A stretch of 64,000 nucleotides of DNA. Source: an uncultured Actinomycetes bacterium. Its GTDB lineage: Bacteria; Actinomycetota; Thermoleophilia; UBA2241. Of the stretch, positions 19,155 through 28,439 are shown piece after piece. Position 1 is the stretch's first letter. Every line of letters begins with the position of its first letter. Below the pieces are notes generated by a model. It did not search any database, was not told where the DNA came from, and saw only the letters and a program-made list of their open reading frames with translations. A program made the translations under genes and the position numbers. Location: NCBI GenBank assembly GCA_963709345.1, contig CAVPVX010000011.1, forward strand, positions 96,001 through 160,000, read 5' to 3'.

Positions 19155-20096
19155 GTGAACGACGTGGCAGCAGACGCACACCTCACTCCCGAGGCGATCA
19201 TCGCCCGCATAGAAGACTGGAAGGGTCTCGACGTCGCCTGGGAGGCCCTCGGCGGAGGGATCACCAATCACAATTACGTGCTCACGGTCAGCGGGCGTCC
19301 CGACATCCCGTGGGGCGGCAAGTACGTCCTGCGCATCCCGGGCGACGGCACCGAGACCTTCATCGATCGCGAGCGGGAGCACAAGAACCACGTTGCCGCC
19401 GCCGAGGCCGGCGTGACGCCGCCGATCCTCCACATGCTCGAGCCCGAGAAGTGCACGGTCGTGCCGTTCATCGAGGGCGAGACCATGCATCCGGAGTCGC
19501 TCGCCGGCCATCCGGAGCGCCTCGCCAAGGTCGTCGACGTCATGCGTACGTACCACGACACGGCGACGTTCGCCAACGAGATCGACGTGTTCGCCATGAT
19601 CCGCCAGTACATGGTGATGGCCCGCGACGTCGACGCCCCGCTGCCGGACGACATCGACTGGATGCTCGAACTCGGAGAGCGGATCGAGAAGGCGATGGGG
19701 CGGGACGCGCCGAGCCCGGCGGCCTGCCACAACGACCTGCTCTCCGAGAACTTCATTCTCGCCGCCGACGGCAAGATGTGGGTCATCGATTGGGAGTACG
19801 GCGGGATGTCCGACCCGTACTTCGACCTCGGCGACTTCTGCATCGAGCACCCCTTGTCCGACGACGAAGAGCGGTTCATCATCACTCGATACTGTGGAGA
19901 GATGAGAGAGGACCGCTACTCGCGCATGATGCTGCACAAGATCGTCGCGGACCTCTGGTGGAGCATCTGGGCGATGATCCAGGTCAAGCTCTCCAAGATC
20001 GACTTCGACTTCTACGCGTACGGCGAGAACAGGGTCGCCCGCTTGCATGCGAACGCCGGGAAGCCCGAGCTCGCCACGTGGTTCGCGGAGGTGTAG
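19155..20096 (+). CDS. Choline/ethanolamine kinase-like phosphotransferase (APH superfamily)
   Basis: LGGGITNHNY, YVLRIPG, IDRERE, CHNDLLSENFI (Brenner motif), IDWEYGGMSDPYFDLG. Confidence 0.88.
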   Translation: MNDVAADAHLTPEAIIARIEDWKGLDVAWEALGGGITNHNYVLTVSGRPDIPWGGKYVLRIPGDGTETFIDREREHKNHVAAAEAGVTPPILHMLEPEKCTVVPFIEGETMHPESLAGHPERLAKVVDVMRTYHDTATFANEIDVFAMIRQYMVMARDVDAPLPDDIDWMLELGERIEKAMGRDAPSPAACHNDLLSENFILAADGKMWVIDWEYGGMSDPYFDLGDFCIEHPLSDDEERFIITRYCGEMREDRYSRMMLHKIVADLWWSIWAMIQVKLSKIDFDFYAYGENRVARLHANAGKPELATWFAEV

Positions 20097-20173
20097 AGGC
20101 ATGTTCGCGGCACGCACGACGCACGGGGGTCCGCTCGCCGGACCGGGTCCAGACAACGAATCGGGAGCACGAC

Positions 20174-20986
20174 ATGAGCGATGACGCAACGCGGCCGGCC
20201 GGCGAAGTAGGGCCGGACGTCGGCATGGGCAAGGTCGATCCCGACCTCGCCAAGGTCTTTCAGGACGAGGCGCTGCGCGTCGTCGAGGCCGGCGAGAAGC
20301 AGGGTGTCGTGCTGCGCGTCATCGGCGCGCTCGCCTTCTTCCATCACTGCCCGGAGTTCGGCTTCATCCAGGAGAAGCTGAACCGGGTGTACACGGACAT
20401 CGACTTCGCCGCCTACGGCAAGCAGTCCCAGCAGATCCGCGAGTTCTTCGCCTCGATCGGCTACGAGGACGACGTCGAGATCAACGCCTTCCACTCCGAG
20501 GGCGGGCGACTCATCTTCAACAACCCGACCAACCACATCCACGTCGACGTGTTCATGGACAAGCTCGACTTCTGCCATCCCATCCCGTGGAAGGGCAGAC
20601 TCGAGGTCGACTCGCCGACGATCCCGCTCGCCGAGATGATGCTCGAGAAGATGCAGATCGTGAAGATCAACGAGAAGGACATCATCGACACGATCATGCT
20701 GCTGCGCGAGCATGAGATCGACGCCAACGACGAGGACCGCATCAACGGGCAGCGCGTGGCCAAGCTGTGCGCCGGCGAGTGGGGTCTGTGGCGCACGGTG
20801 AGCATGAACCTGGAGAAGGTGCGCGACTACCTGCCTCACGTAGACCTCGACGATGCCGACAAGCAGGTCGTCGCCAAGCGGGCTTCCGAGCTCCTGAGCG
20901 TCATGGATGACTACCCCAAGGGCACCAGGTGGAAGCTGCGCGCCAAGGTCGGCGACAAGGTCCGCTGGTACAACGTGGTCGACTGA
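20174..20986 (+). CDS. Uncharacterised Pol-beta-superfamily nucleotidyltransferase
   Basis: LRVIGALA...TDIDF...HVDVFMD (hG[GA], DxD, third Asp), KMQIVKINEKD; GGGAG RBS. Confidence 0.75.
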   Translation: MSDDATRPAGEVGPDVGMGKVDPDLAKVFQDEALRVVEAGEKQGVVLRVIGALAFFHHCPEFGFIQEKLNRVYTDIDFAAYGKQSQQIREFFASIGYEDDVEINAFHSEGGRLIFNNPTNHIHVDVFMDKLDFCHPIPWKGRLEVDSPTIPLAEMMLEKMQIVKINEKDIIDTIMLLREHEIDANDEDRINGQRVAKLCAGEWGLWRTVSMNLEKVRDYLPHVDLDDADKQVVAKRASELLSVMDDYPKGTRWKLRAKVGDKVRWYNVVD

Positions 20987-21013
20987 CCCCGCGATCTGAG
21001 AGGCAGCTGAGAT

Positions 21014-22015
21014 ATGGCATTCTGGAACAAGAAGGGCGGCTCGGACGACAAGCGCGTGCGGATCTTCTACGCCACCGACATCCACGGTTCCGAGCGCACC
21101 TACCGCAAGTTCATCAACTCCGGCAAGTTCTACAAGGTCGACCACCTCATCATGGGCGGCGACATCGAGGGCAAGTTCCTCGTGCCGATCGTCGACGAGG
21201 GCGGCGGGCACTACCGCGTCACGCTGCAAGAGGAACTCTCCAACCTGAGCGGCCCCGACGAGCTCCAGGCCGTCAAAGAGCGCATCGAGACGCTGGGCTT
21301 CTATCACGTGACCGTGAGTGAAGACGAGATCCGCGCCATGCAGGCCGACCAGAGTCTCGTCGACGCGGCCTTCAAGAAGGAGGCACACCGGCGCCTTCAG
21401 GACTGGATCGCTCTGGCCGACGAGCGGCTGGCCGACACGAACATCACGTGCTACGTGACGGGCGGCAACGACGACCCGCAGGAGCTCATCGACCTGCTCG
21501 AGGCCTCCCAGAGCGACCGCGTCATCAACTGCGAGGGACGCGTCATCCAGCTGGACGGCACGTTCCCGATGGCCAACTGCGGCTACAGCAACCCGACGCC
21601 GTGGGATACCCCGCGCGAGACGGACGAAGAGACGCTGGAGAAGTACCTGATGGAGTCGGTCGAGGGCATCGACGACTTCACGAACGCGATCTTCAACTTC
21701 CACGTGCCGCCATACGACTCCACGCTCGACGATTGTCCCAAGCTCGACTGGTCCACGGACCCGCCGGCGCCGATCGTCGTCGCCGGCGTGGCGCAGTCGG
21801 CGCCGGCCGGCAGCCACGCCGTCCGCAACATGGTCGAGCGCCACCAGCCGCTCCTCATGCTCACAGGGCACATCCACGAAGCGCGTGGCCTGGTCAAGGT
21901 CAAGCGCACGACCGTGGTCAATCCGGGTAGCGAATACGGCGAGGGGATCCTGAGGGGGTGCATACTGACACTCGAGCCGGGCAAGGTGGTCGGTTACCAG
22001 ATGACGTCGGGGTGA
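21014..22015 (+). CDS. Calcineurin-like metallophosphoesterase
   Basis: TDIHG, GGD, GNDD, FHVPP, GHIHE, NPGS motifs. Confidence 0.9.
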   Translation: MAFWNKKGGSDDKRVRIFYATDIHGSERTYRKFINSGKFYKVDHLIMGGDIEGKFLVPIVDEGGGHYRVTLQEELSNLSGPDELQAVKERIETLGFYHVTVSEDEIRAMQADQSLVDAAFKKEAHRRLQDWIALADERLADTNITCYVTGGNDDPQELIDLLEASQSDRVINCEGRVIQLDGTFPMANCGYSNPTPWDTPRETDEETLEKYLMESVEGIDDFTNAIFNFHVPPYDSTLDDCPKLDWSTDPPAPIVVAGVAQSAPAGSHAVRNMVERHQPLLMLTGHIHEARGLVKVKRTTVVNPGSEYGEGILRGCILTLEPGKVVGYQMTSG

Positions 22016-22078
22016 AGCTGCCGCGCGCAGTGATGACGCATCTGTCACAAGTCTCAAGCGACTGACAGGGGGAACAAG

Positions 22079-23713
22079 ATGGCTACAGCCGCAGCAAAAC
22101 CCGAAGTCTTCAGCCGGAAGGCCTCGGGGCTCTCCAGGGTGATGTCGCCCTGGTCGGCATTCATGTACAACTTCCTGACCATGGGCGTGATCTTCCCATG
22201 GACGTTCGTGTGGGCGCCCGCGGCGTTCCCGGGCGTCTCCGTGTGGAGAGCGTGCCTGCTCGCGATCCTGCTGGAGCTCCCGATCGCGCTGGCCTACGTG
22301 TGGATGGCGACCGCCATGCCGCGCAGCGGTGGCGACTACGTGTTCCAGAGCCGCGTGTTCGGCGGGGCGATCGGGTTCCCGGTCGTCATGAGCGGGTTCG
22401 TGATCTGGATCCTGCAGTGGGTCGCGCTCGCCGGCTGGCTGCTGGCCACCCTCGGCGTGGCGCCTCTCTTGCTGGGGCTCGGGGTGAACTACGAGAGCAA
22501 GGGCCTCATCGACGCGGCCGTCTGGGCGCAGGGCAGCCAGGGCGTCGTGACCATCAGCATCATCGGGGCTGCCGCCATGGCGCTCCTTCTGGTCACGGGC
22601 TTCAAGAACTACGTCCGCCTGCAGTACTTCATGTTCGCGGCCACCGCGATCCTGGTCGCCGTCATGCTCATCCAGTTCCTGCGCACGTCGCCGGAGCAGT
22701 TCGCGACCGCGATGAACAGCTTCGCCAACATCGTGGACGGCCGGGCCGACTACTACACCTGGATCCAGGCCGACGTGACGGATGCCGGCGTCAATCTGCT
22801 GCCCAAGTTCGCGCTGGGCGCCACGCTGCTGGCTCTGCCGATCGTCTGGACCAGCCTCCAGTGGGCCACCTACAGCGTGCAGCAGGGCGGCGAGATCAAG
22901 GGCGCCCGCGTCTTCAAGAACCAGCTGCTCATCATCGTCGGCTCGATGGTCGCCGTGGGCTGCACGCTCGCGGTCATCGCCTGGGCCCTCGAAGGCGCAG
23001 TCGGTACGGCCTTCTTCAACGCCGTTTCGCACTCGTACTACTACGGAGTGAGCGCTTCCGGCGACGGGGTCGGCAGTGTGTTGCCCTTCCCCGGCATGTT
23101 CGCGATCGTGATCTCGCCGAACCCGATCATCGTCGTCCTGACGGCGGTCAGCTTCATGCTCGCTTCGCTGCAGATCACCTGCAACTGCTACATCGGCATG
23201 ACGCGCATCATGGTCGGCATGTCGCTCGACCGCACGCTGCCGACCTGGGTCTCCAAGGTCAACCCGCGCTTCCGCTCGCCGGTGAACGCGCACCTCATCT
23301 ACTTCGTCCTCGGTTGCGCCGTCATCATCGGCTACAACTATCTCGGTTGGTGGTACAGCATGACCCTGGGCGTGACCTTCGCCTGTGGCTACGTGTTCGT
23401 GGTCAGTTGTCTGGCGGCCGCGCTGCTGCCCTTCCGCGCCAAGTCGCTGTATGAGGCGTCCCCGGGCGCCAAGTACACGATCGGCGGGTTCCCGTTGGTC
23501 ACCATCTTCGGGTTCCTCGGGTTCTTCTTCGGGCTGGCCGCGCTCATCGCGTTCCTCACCCAGGACGCCTACGGCCTCAAGGGCACGACCCCGTACCTCG
23601 TCGTGGCCGGGATCTTCCTGGTGTCGCTCGTCGGGTACTGGATCGGCCGCGCCTACAACAAGAGCAAGGGCATCGACGTCAACTACGCCTTCCTCGAAGT
23701 GCCGCCGGAGTGA
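22079..23713 (+). CDS. APC-family amino acid/amine permease
   Basis: FSRKASGLSR, MPRSGGDYVF, MSLDRTLP...RSPVNA and about 12 TM segments. Confidence 0.9.
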   Translation: MATAAAKPEVFSRKASGLSRVMSPWSAFMYNFLTMGVIFPWTFVWAPAAFPGVSVWRACLLAILLELPIALAYVWMATAMPRSGGDYVFQSRVFGGAIGFPVVMSGFVIWILQWVALAGWLLATLGVAPLLLGLGVNYESKGLIDAAVWAQGSQGVVTISIIGAAAMALLLVTGFKNYVRLQYFMFAATAILVAVMLIQFLRTSPEQFATAMNSFANIVDGRADYYTWIQADVTDAGVNLLPKFALGATLLALPIVWTSLQWATYSVQQGGEIKGARVFKNQLLIIVGSMVAVGCTLAVIAWALEGAVGTAFFNAVSHSYYYGVSASGDGVGSVLPFPGMFAIVISPNPIIVVLTAVSFMLASLQITCNCYIGMTRIMVGMSLDRTLPTWVSKVNPRFRSPVNAHLIYFVLGCAVIIGYNYLGWWYSMTLGVTFACGYVFVVSCLAAALLPFRAKSLYEASPGAKYTIGGFPLVTIFGFLGFFFGLAALIAFLTQDAYGLKGTTPYLVVAGIFLVSLVGYWIGRAYNKSKGIDVNYAFLEVPPE

Positions 23714-23738
23714 TCTGAGCCACAAGCGGCAGCTCTCT

Positions 23739-23774
23739 GCGGGAGCGCGGGGCCCTCGGGCCCGGCGCTCCCGC
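23739..23774 (+). terminator. Hairpin downstream of the APC permease
   Basis: GCGGGAGCGC (23739-23748) pairs with GCGCTCCCGC (23765-23774); no U-tract. Confidence 0.45.
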
Positions 23775-23932
23775 GCCGTTCCGGGCCCGGACGCCGCTGC
23801 GGGCCGAAGGCCTTTCTGCTCCCGCGCCGCTGCGGGCCCGCAGGGGCCCGGGGCTCGCACGTGGGCCCCGGCCCTGTAGAATCGACGTGGCGGCCGCGGC
23901 CGCCTGCCGGTCAACCAGCTCGGAGGGCCCAC

Positions 23933-24202
23933 GTGCGCGGAATCTTCAATCTCCTCTACCTGGCCGTCGTCATCTACGCCTGGCTCATCGTGGGCCGCGC
24001 CCTGCTCTCGTGGATGCGGATCCAGCCGGGCACCACGCTCTTCCGCGTGAATGCCGGGCTGGTCAGGCTCACCGAGCCGTACCTGGTCCTGTTCCGCAAG
24101 GTGGTGCCGACGTGGCGCATCCGCGGCGTCGAGATCGACTGGAGCTCGGTGGTGGCGCTCGTCGTGCTCTTCATCGTCGCCCGCATCCTGCTCATCCTCT
24201 GA
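23933..24202 (+). CDS. YggT family membrane protein
   Basis: YAWLIVGRALLSW...LTEPYL...IDWSSVVA; GGAGG RBS before GTG. Confidence 0.85.
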   Translation: MRGIFNLLYLAVVIYAWLIVGRALLSWMRIQPGTTLFRVNAGLVRLTEPYLVLFRKVVPTWRIRGVEIDWSSVVALVVLFIVARILLIL

Positions 24203-24332
24203 GGGCGGACGACTGCGGGTCGCGGCCTCGCCCGGCACTTGCACTGTCGTAGCCGATTCGTAACTATTGTGGCGTAAGCTTTCAAAAGTCTCCTGAGCTT
24301 GAGGGACCTTCGACGAAAGCGAGGCAGGCGCC

Positions 24333-26408
24333 ATGGATCCGAGCGAGTTCCGCGCTTCACATGCAGGCGCGGTCGTCAGCTGCCCTGAGGGCTACGCCGC
24401 CTTCGTGCCGGCGCCGCTGCCTCCTCGCCTGACGTACACGCGAGACCTCGTGCTCGCCCTCTCTCGCGCCGACGCCGCGCTCGGAGAGCTCTCGGGCGTC
24501 GGCGGCGAGATGCCCGAACCACACCTCCTGGACGCCTCGTTCAAACGTCAGGAGGCTCTCTGCTCCTCGCGCATCGAGGGCGCAGACGTGAGTCTCTCGG
24601 ATCTCTACCTCGACCAGGTGGGCGCCGCTCGCCCGAGCGTGTCGCGCGAGCACCTTCGCGAGGTGCGCAGCTGCATCTCGACCCTGCGCTTCGGCGTCGA
24701 GCTGCTCCGCGAAGAGCCGCTGTCGCTCGACTTCATCCGCGCGCTGCACGAGCGGCTGCTGCGCGGCGAAGTCGGCGGCGCACGCACTCCCGGCGAGTTC
24801 CGGCGCTCGCAGAACTGGGTCGGTCCTCCCGGCGCCACGCTGGCCACCGCCACCTACGTGCCGGCGCCGATGTCGGAGCTGCCCGAGGCGCTCGCGGCCT
24901 TCGAGGAGTTCATGCAGGAGCGCGGTCGCCTCCCGGACCTCATCCAGTGTGCGATGCTGCACGCCCAGTTCGAGAGCATCCACCCGTTCGTCGGGGGCAA
25001 CGGCCGCCTGGGCCGGCTCCTCATCACGCTCTTCCTTATCGAGCGGCAGCGGCTGACGCGCCCGCTGCTGTACCTCTCCGCCTTTCTCGAGGGGCACCGC
25101 GACGAGTACTACACGCTCCTGCAACGCGTGCGCACGCACAGTGAGTGGGTGCCGTGGCTGACGTTCTTCGCGGTCGGCGTCCGCGAGACCGCCGAGCGCG
25201 CGGCACGCCAGACGCGCGCGCTGATCGCTCACTACGGGCGCGACAGCGAGAAGGTCAAGGGACACGCGCTCACGCTGGCCGACGAGCTCTTTCGCACACC
25301 CTGCATGACGGTCCCCGAGGCGCAGCGCGTGCTCGAGGTGACCAACCCGACCGCGCGCCGCGCGGTGCGCGAGCTCGAGGCCAAGGGGCTGCTCGACGAG
25401 TGGGCCGAGAAGAGCTGGCCGCGGGTCTACCTCGCGCGGCACGTCCTCGATACCGTGCTCAACCCCGTCGAGGATCTGCGTCGCCTGCCGGGCGCCGAGG
25501 CGCAGGGCGCGGTGCTCAAGTCGGGGGCCGAGGACCAGCGTGGCCCTCTTCGTCGCGCCGACCGGCTCATGAACGAGGCGATGGCGATGGTCGACGCGGC
25601 CAGGATGCGGGGAGCCCGGCTCCGCCTCACGGGCGGGCTCGCCATCCGCCGCTACTGCACCGACCTCGACTTCATGGACCGCGAGTACTCCGACATCGAC
25701 TTCATCGGGCTCTCCGCTGAGAGGAAGGAGATCCACGAGGTCTTCGACGGCCTCGGCTACGTCGAGAACCGGTACGTCTCCCAGGCGACCGACTCCGGAC
25801 AGCTCCAGTTCATCAACCGCGAGGCGCTGGAGGGCAGGCGGACGGGCGCCGCCGAGAACGCCTCCGAGACGGGGTCGCCGTACGAGCCGCCGCTGGTCGA
25901 CCATATCGACGTCTTCCTGGACGTCATGCGCATGGACCACGACATCGACGTGAGCGAGCGGCTCGACATCGACGACTACGCGATATCGCCTGCCGATGCG
26001 TTCATCGCCAAGATGCAGATCGGGAAGATCAACCAGAAGGATGTCCACGACGTCATAGCTCTGGTCAAGGATGTGCCTCTTCGCGACATGGACGACGACG
26101 CCTCGATCGACCTGCTCCACATCGCCGCGGAGTGCTCTGACGACTGGGGGCTGTACCAGGACATCACGACCAACCTCGACATGGCTCTGGCGATGGTCGA
26201 CGATTACGGTCTGACGGAGTCGCAGCAGGACCGTGTCTACGCGCGGCTGGCCGCCATCAAGGAATCGGTGGAGGACGCGAGCAAGAGCATCCGCTGGCGC
26301 CTGCGCGCAACGGTGGGCGAGCGCGTTGCCTGGCGCCGCGAGATCGAGGAAACGGAGGGGACGCAGGTCATCGCGCCGGAGTGGGACTGGCGCCGCGATC
26401 TGGGGTGA
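24333..26408 (+). CDS. Fic-domain protein fused to a Pol-beta-type nucleotidyltransferase (copy 1)
   Basis: SSRIEG, PGEFRRSQNWVG, HPFVGGNGRLGR, HTH-like segment, then LRLTGGLA...SDIDF...HIDVFLD...KMQIGKINQKD; single uninterrupted 691-aa ORF. Confidence 0.88.
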   Translation: MDPSEFRASHAGAVVSCPEGYAAFVPAPLPPRLTYTRDLVLALSRADAALGELSGVGGEMPEPHLLDASFKRQEALCSSRIEGADVSLSDLYLDQVGAARPSVSREHLREVRSCISTLRFGVELLREEPLSLDFIRALHERLLRGEVGGARTPGEFRRSQNWVGPPGATLATATYVPAPMSELPEALAAFEEFMQERGRLPDLIQCAMLHAQFESIHPFVGGNGRLGRLLITLFLIERQRLTRPLLYLSAFLEGHRDEYYTLLQRVRTHSEWVPWLTFFAVGVRETAERAARQTRALIAHYGRDSEKVKGHALTLADELFRTPCMTVPEAQRVLEVTNPTARRAVRELEAKGLLDEWAEKSWPRVYLARHVLDTVLNPVEDLRRLPGAEAQGAVLKSGAEDQRGPLRRADRLMNEAMAMVDAARMRGARLRLTGGLAIRRYCTDLDFMDREYSDIDFIGLSAERKEIHEVFDGLGYVENRYVSQATDSGQLQFINREALEGRRTGAAENASETGSPYEPPLVDHIDVFLDVMRMDHDIDVSERLDIDDYAISPADAFIAKMQIGKINQKDVHDVIALVKDVPLRDMDDDASIDLLHIAAECSDDWGLYQDITTNLDMALAMVDDYGLTESQQDRVYARLAAIKESVEDASKSIRWRLRATVGERVAWRREIEETEGTQVIAPEWDWRRDLG

Positions 26409-26462
26409 GCCGGCGAGGGCGCCGGGCTCGGGCAGCGGGGACACGAGAGAAGGGGGCGGCGG

Positions 26463-28439
26463 ATGACCGGCATGGTCCCGCGGGATGTGTACGAGCTGAC
26501 GGGGGCCGCCGATCCGCGGCTCTCGCCGGACGGTGCCCGGGTGGCGTTCGTGGTCGGCGCCGTCGACGAGAAGGCGAATGCGTACAGGGCGGCGATCTGG
26601 CTGGCGGCGGCCGACGGGTCGGAGCCGCCGCGCCGGTTCACGAGCGGCGAGAAGGCGGACGCCGACCCGCGCTGGTCGCCGGACGGGGCGCACCTGGCCT
26701 TCATCTCGAACCGCGCCGGCAAGGCGTCGCAGTTGTACGTGCTGCCGGTGGCGGGAGGCGAGCCGCGCAAGCTCACGAGCCTCAAGGAGGACGTCTCGCA
26801 GGCCGTCTGGTCGCCGGACGGGGCGAGCATCGCCTTCGTCGCGCGTGTGCGCGACGCGGCCTACGAGGAAGAGGACGACAAGAAGCGGGCGCCGCGCCGC
26901 ATCACGCGCCTGCACTACAAGCTGGACAGCGTGGGGTGGACGGCCGACCGGCCGCAGCACCTCTTCGTCGTGCCGGTCGACGGGTCGGCCGAGCCGGTCC
27001 AGCTCACGGGCGGCGACTACGAGGACCACTCGCCGTGCTGGTCGCCGGACGGCGGGACGATCGCCTTCGTCTCCGCCCGTCATGAGGACTGGGACCTCTC
27101 GATGGCCGACGACGTGTACCTGGTCGACGCCGCCGGCGGGGAGCCGCGGCGTCTCACGCAGGGCGGCGGCAGCATCGGCGGCGTCTCCTGGTCGCCGGAC
27201 GGGTCGCGCCTCGCCGCGCACCGGTACGAGGGCGTGTTCGACGACCCCAAGCACAGCCAGGTCGCGCTGGTCGACCCGGAGAACGGCGCGTTCACACTCC
27301 TCACCAAGTCGCTCGACCTCAACTGCACGACGTATCCCGGGATGCGTGAGCCGCTCTGGGACGGCGACGGCCTCGTCTTCGTCGTCGAGGATCACGGGCG
27401 CGTGCACGTCTACCGCGTCCCGGCCGGCGGCTCCGGCGAGCCGCTTCTCGTCGTCGGCGGTGAGCGCGTCGTGACCGGCCTCGACGTGGCGGCCGGCCGG
27501 CTCGTGTTCACGGCGAGCGAGCCGGCGCGGCTGAGCGAGCTCTACGACGGCGGTCCGGCCGCCGGGCCGGACGACCCGGCGTCCGCGGGGCGTCGCCTCT
27601 CGTCTGTCGGTGAAGCGTTCGCCGCCGGGCGGGAGCTCGTGCTGCCGGAGCGCTTCACCGCCGTCTCGACGGACGGCAGCGAGGTCGACGCCTGGATCAT
27701 GCGGCCCGCCGGCAGCGAGCAGGGCAAGAAGTACCCCACCCTGCTCAACATCCACGGCGGGCCCTACGGCCAGTACGACGTCGGCTTCTTCGACGAGTTC
27801 CAGGTGTACTGCGGTGCCGGCTACGCCGTCGTCTTCAGCAATCCTCGCGGCTCCTCGGGGGGCACCGAGGAGTGGGCGCGGGCCATCCGCGGCCCCGGCG
27901 ACGACGGCGACGGCTGGGGCTCCGTCGACTACGACGACTGCATGGCCGTCGTGGACGAGGCGGTCCGCCGGTTCGACTTCGTCGACGCGGACCGCCTCGG
28001 CGTCATCGGCGGCTCGTACGGCGGCTACATGACGTCGTGGATCGTCGGCCACACGGACAGGTTCAAGGCTGCCGTCTCCGAGCGCGCCGTCAACAACTTC
28101 GACTCGCAGTGGGGCTCCAGCGACTACGGCTGGGACTTCAAAGGCTACATGGGCGCGTTCCTGTTCGAGGACGTGGAGACGTATCTGAAGGTTTCGCCTT
28201 CCAGCTACGCGACGGACATTCACACGCCGCTGCTCATCCTGCACTCGGAGGACGACCTGCGTTGTCCGGTCGAGCAGGCGGAGCACCTCTTCGTGACCCT
28301 CCGCCTGCTCAAGCGCCCGGTCGAGATGGTGCGTTTCCCGGCCGAGTCCCACGAGCTGACCCGGTCCGGCAACCCCGTCCACCGCGTGCAGCGGTTCGAG
28401 ATCGTGCTGGAATGGTTCGACCGGTACCTCAAGTCCTGA
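26463..28439 (+). CDS. S9 family peptidase (acylaminoacyl/dipeptidyl peptidase) with PD40 repeats
   Basis: Repeated WSPDG, IHGGP, GGSYGG nucleophile motif, DLRCP, ESHEL. Confidence 0.92.
   Translation: MTGMVPRDVYELTGAADPRLSPDGARVAFVVGAVDEKANAYRAAIWLAAADGSEPPRRFTSGEKADADPRWSPDGAHLAFISNRAGKASQLYVLPVAGGEPRKLTSLKEDVSQAVWSPDGASIAFVARVRDAAYEEEDDKKRAPRRITRLHYKLDSVGWTADRPQHLFVVPVDGSAEPVQLTGGDYEDHSPCWSPDGGTIAFVSARHEDWDLSMADDVYLVDAAGGEPRRLTQGGGSIGGVSWSPDGSRLAAHRYEGVFDDPKHSQVALVDPENGAFTLLTKSLDLNCTTYPGMREPLWDGDGLVFVVEDHGRVHVYRVPAGGSGEPLLVVGGERVVTGLDVAAGRLVFTASEPARLSELYDGGPAAGPDDPASAGRRLSSVGEAFAAGRELVLPERFTAVSTDGSEVDAWIMRPAGSEQGKKYPTLLNIHGGPYGQYDVGFFDEFQVYCGAGYAVVFSNPRGSSGGTEEWARAIRGPGDDGDGWGSVDYDDCMAVVDEAVRRFDFVDADRLGVIGGSYGGYMTSWIVGHTDRFKAAVSERAVNNFDSQWGSSDYGWDFKGYMGAFLFEDVETYLKVSPSSYATDIHTPLLILHSEDDLRCPVEQAEHLFVTLRLLKRPVEMVRFPAESHELTRSGNPVHRVQRFEIVLEWFDRYLKS

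Noticed and set aside
26500-27220. Recurrent TGGTCGCCGGACGG repeats
   Set aside because: They encode the WSPDG PD40 repeats of the S9 peptidase propeller.
20012-28382. Very long minus-strand ORFs (1440 aa, 1341 aa) and similar antisense ORFs across the window
   Set aside because: Shadow frames of GC-rich genes on the opposite strand, with no recognisable motifs.
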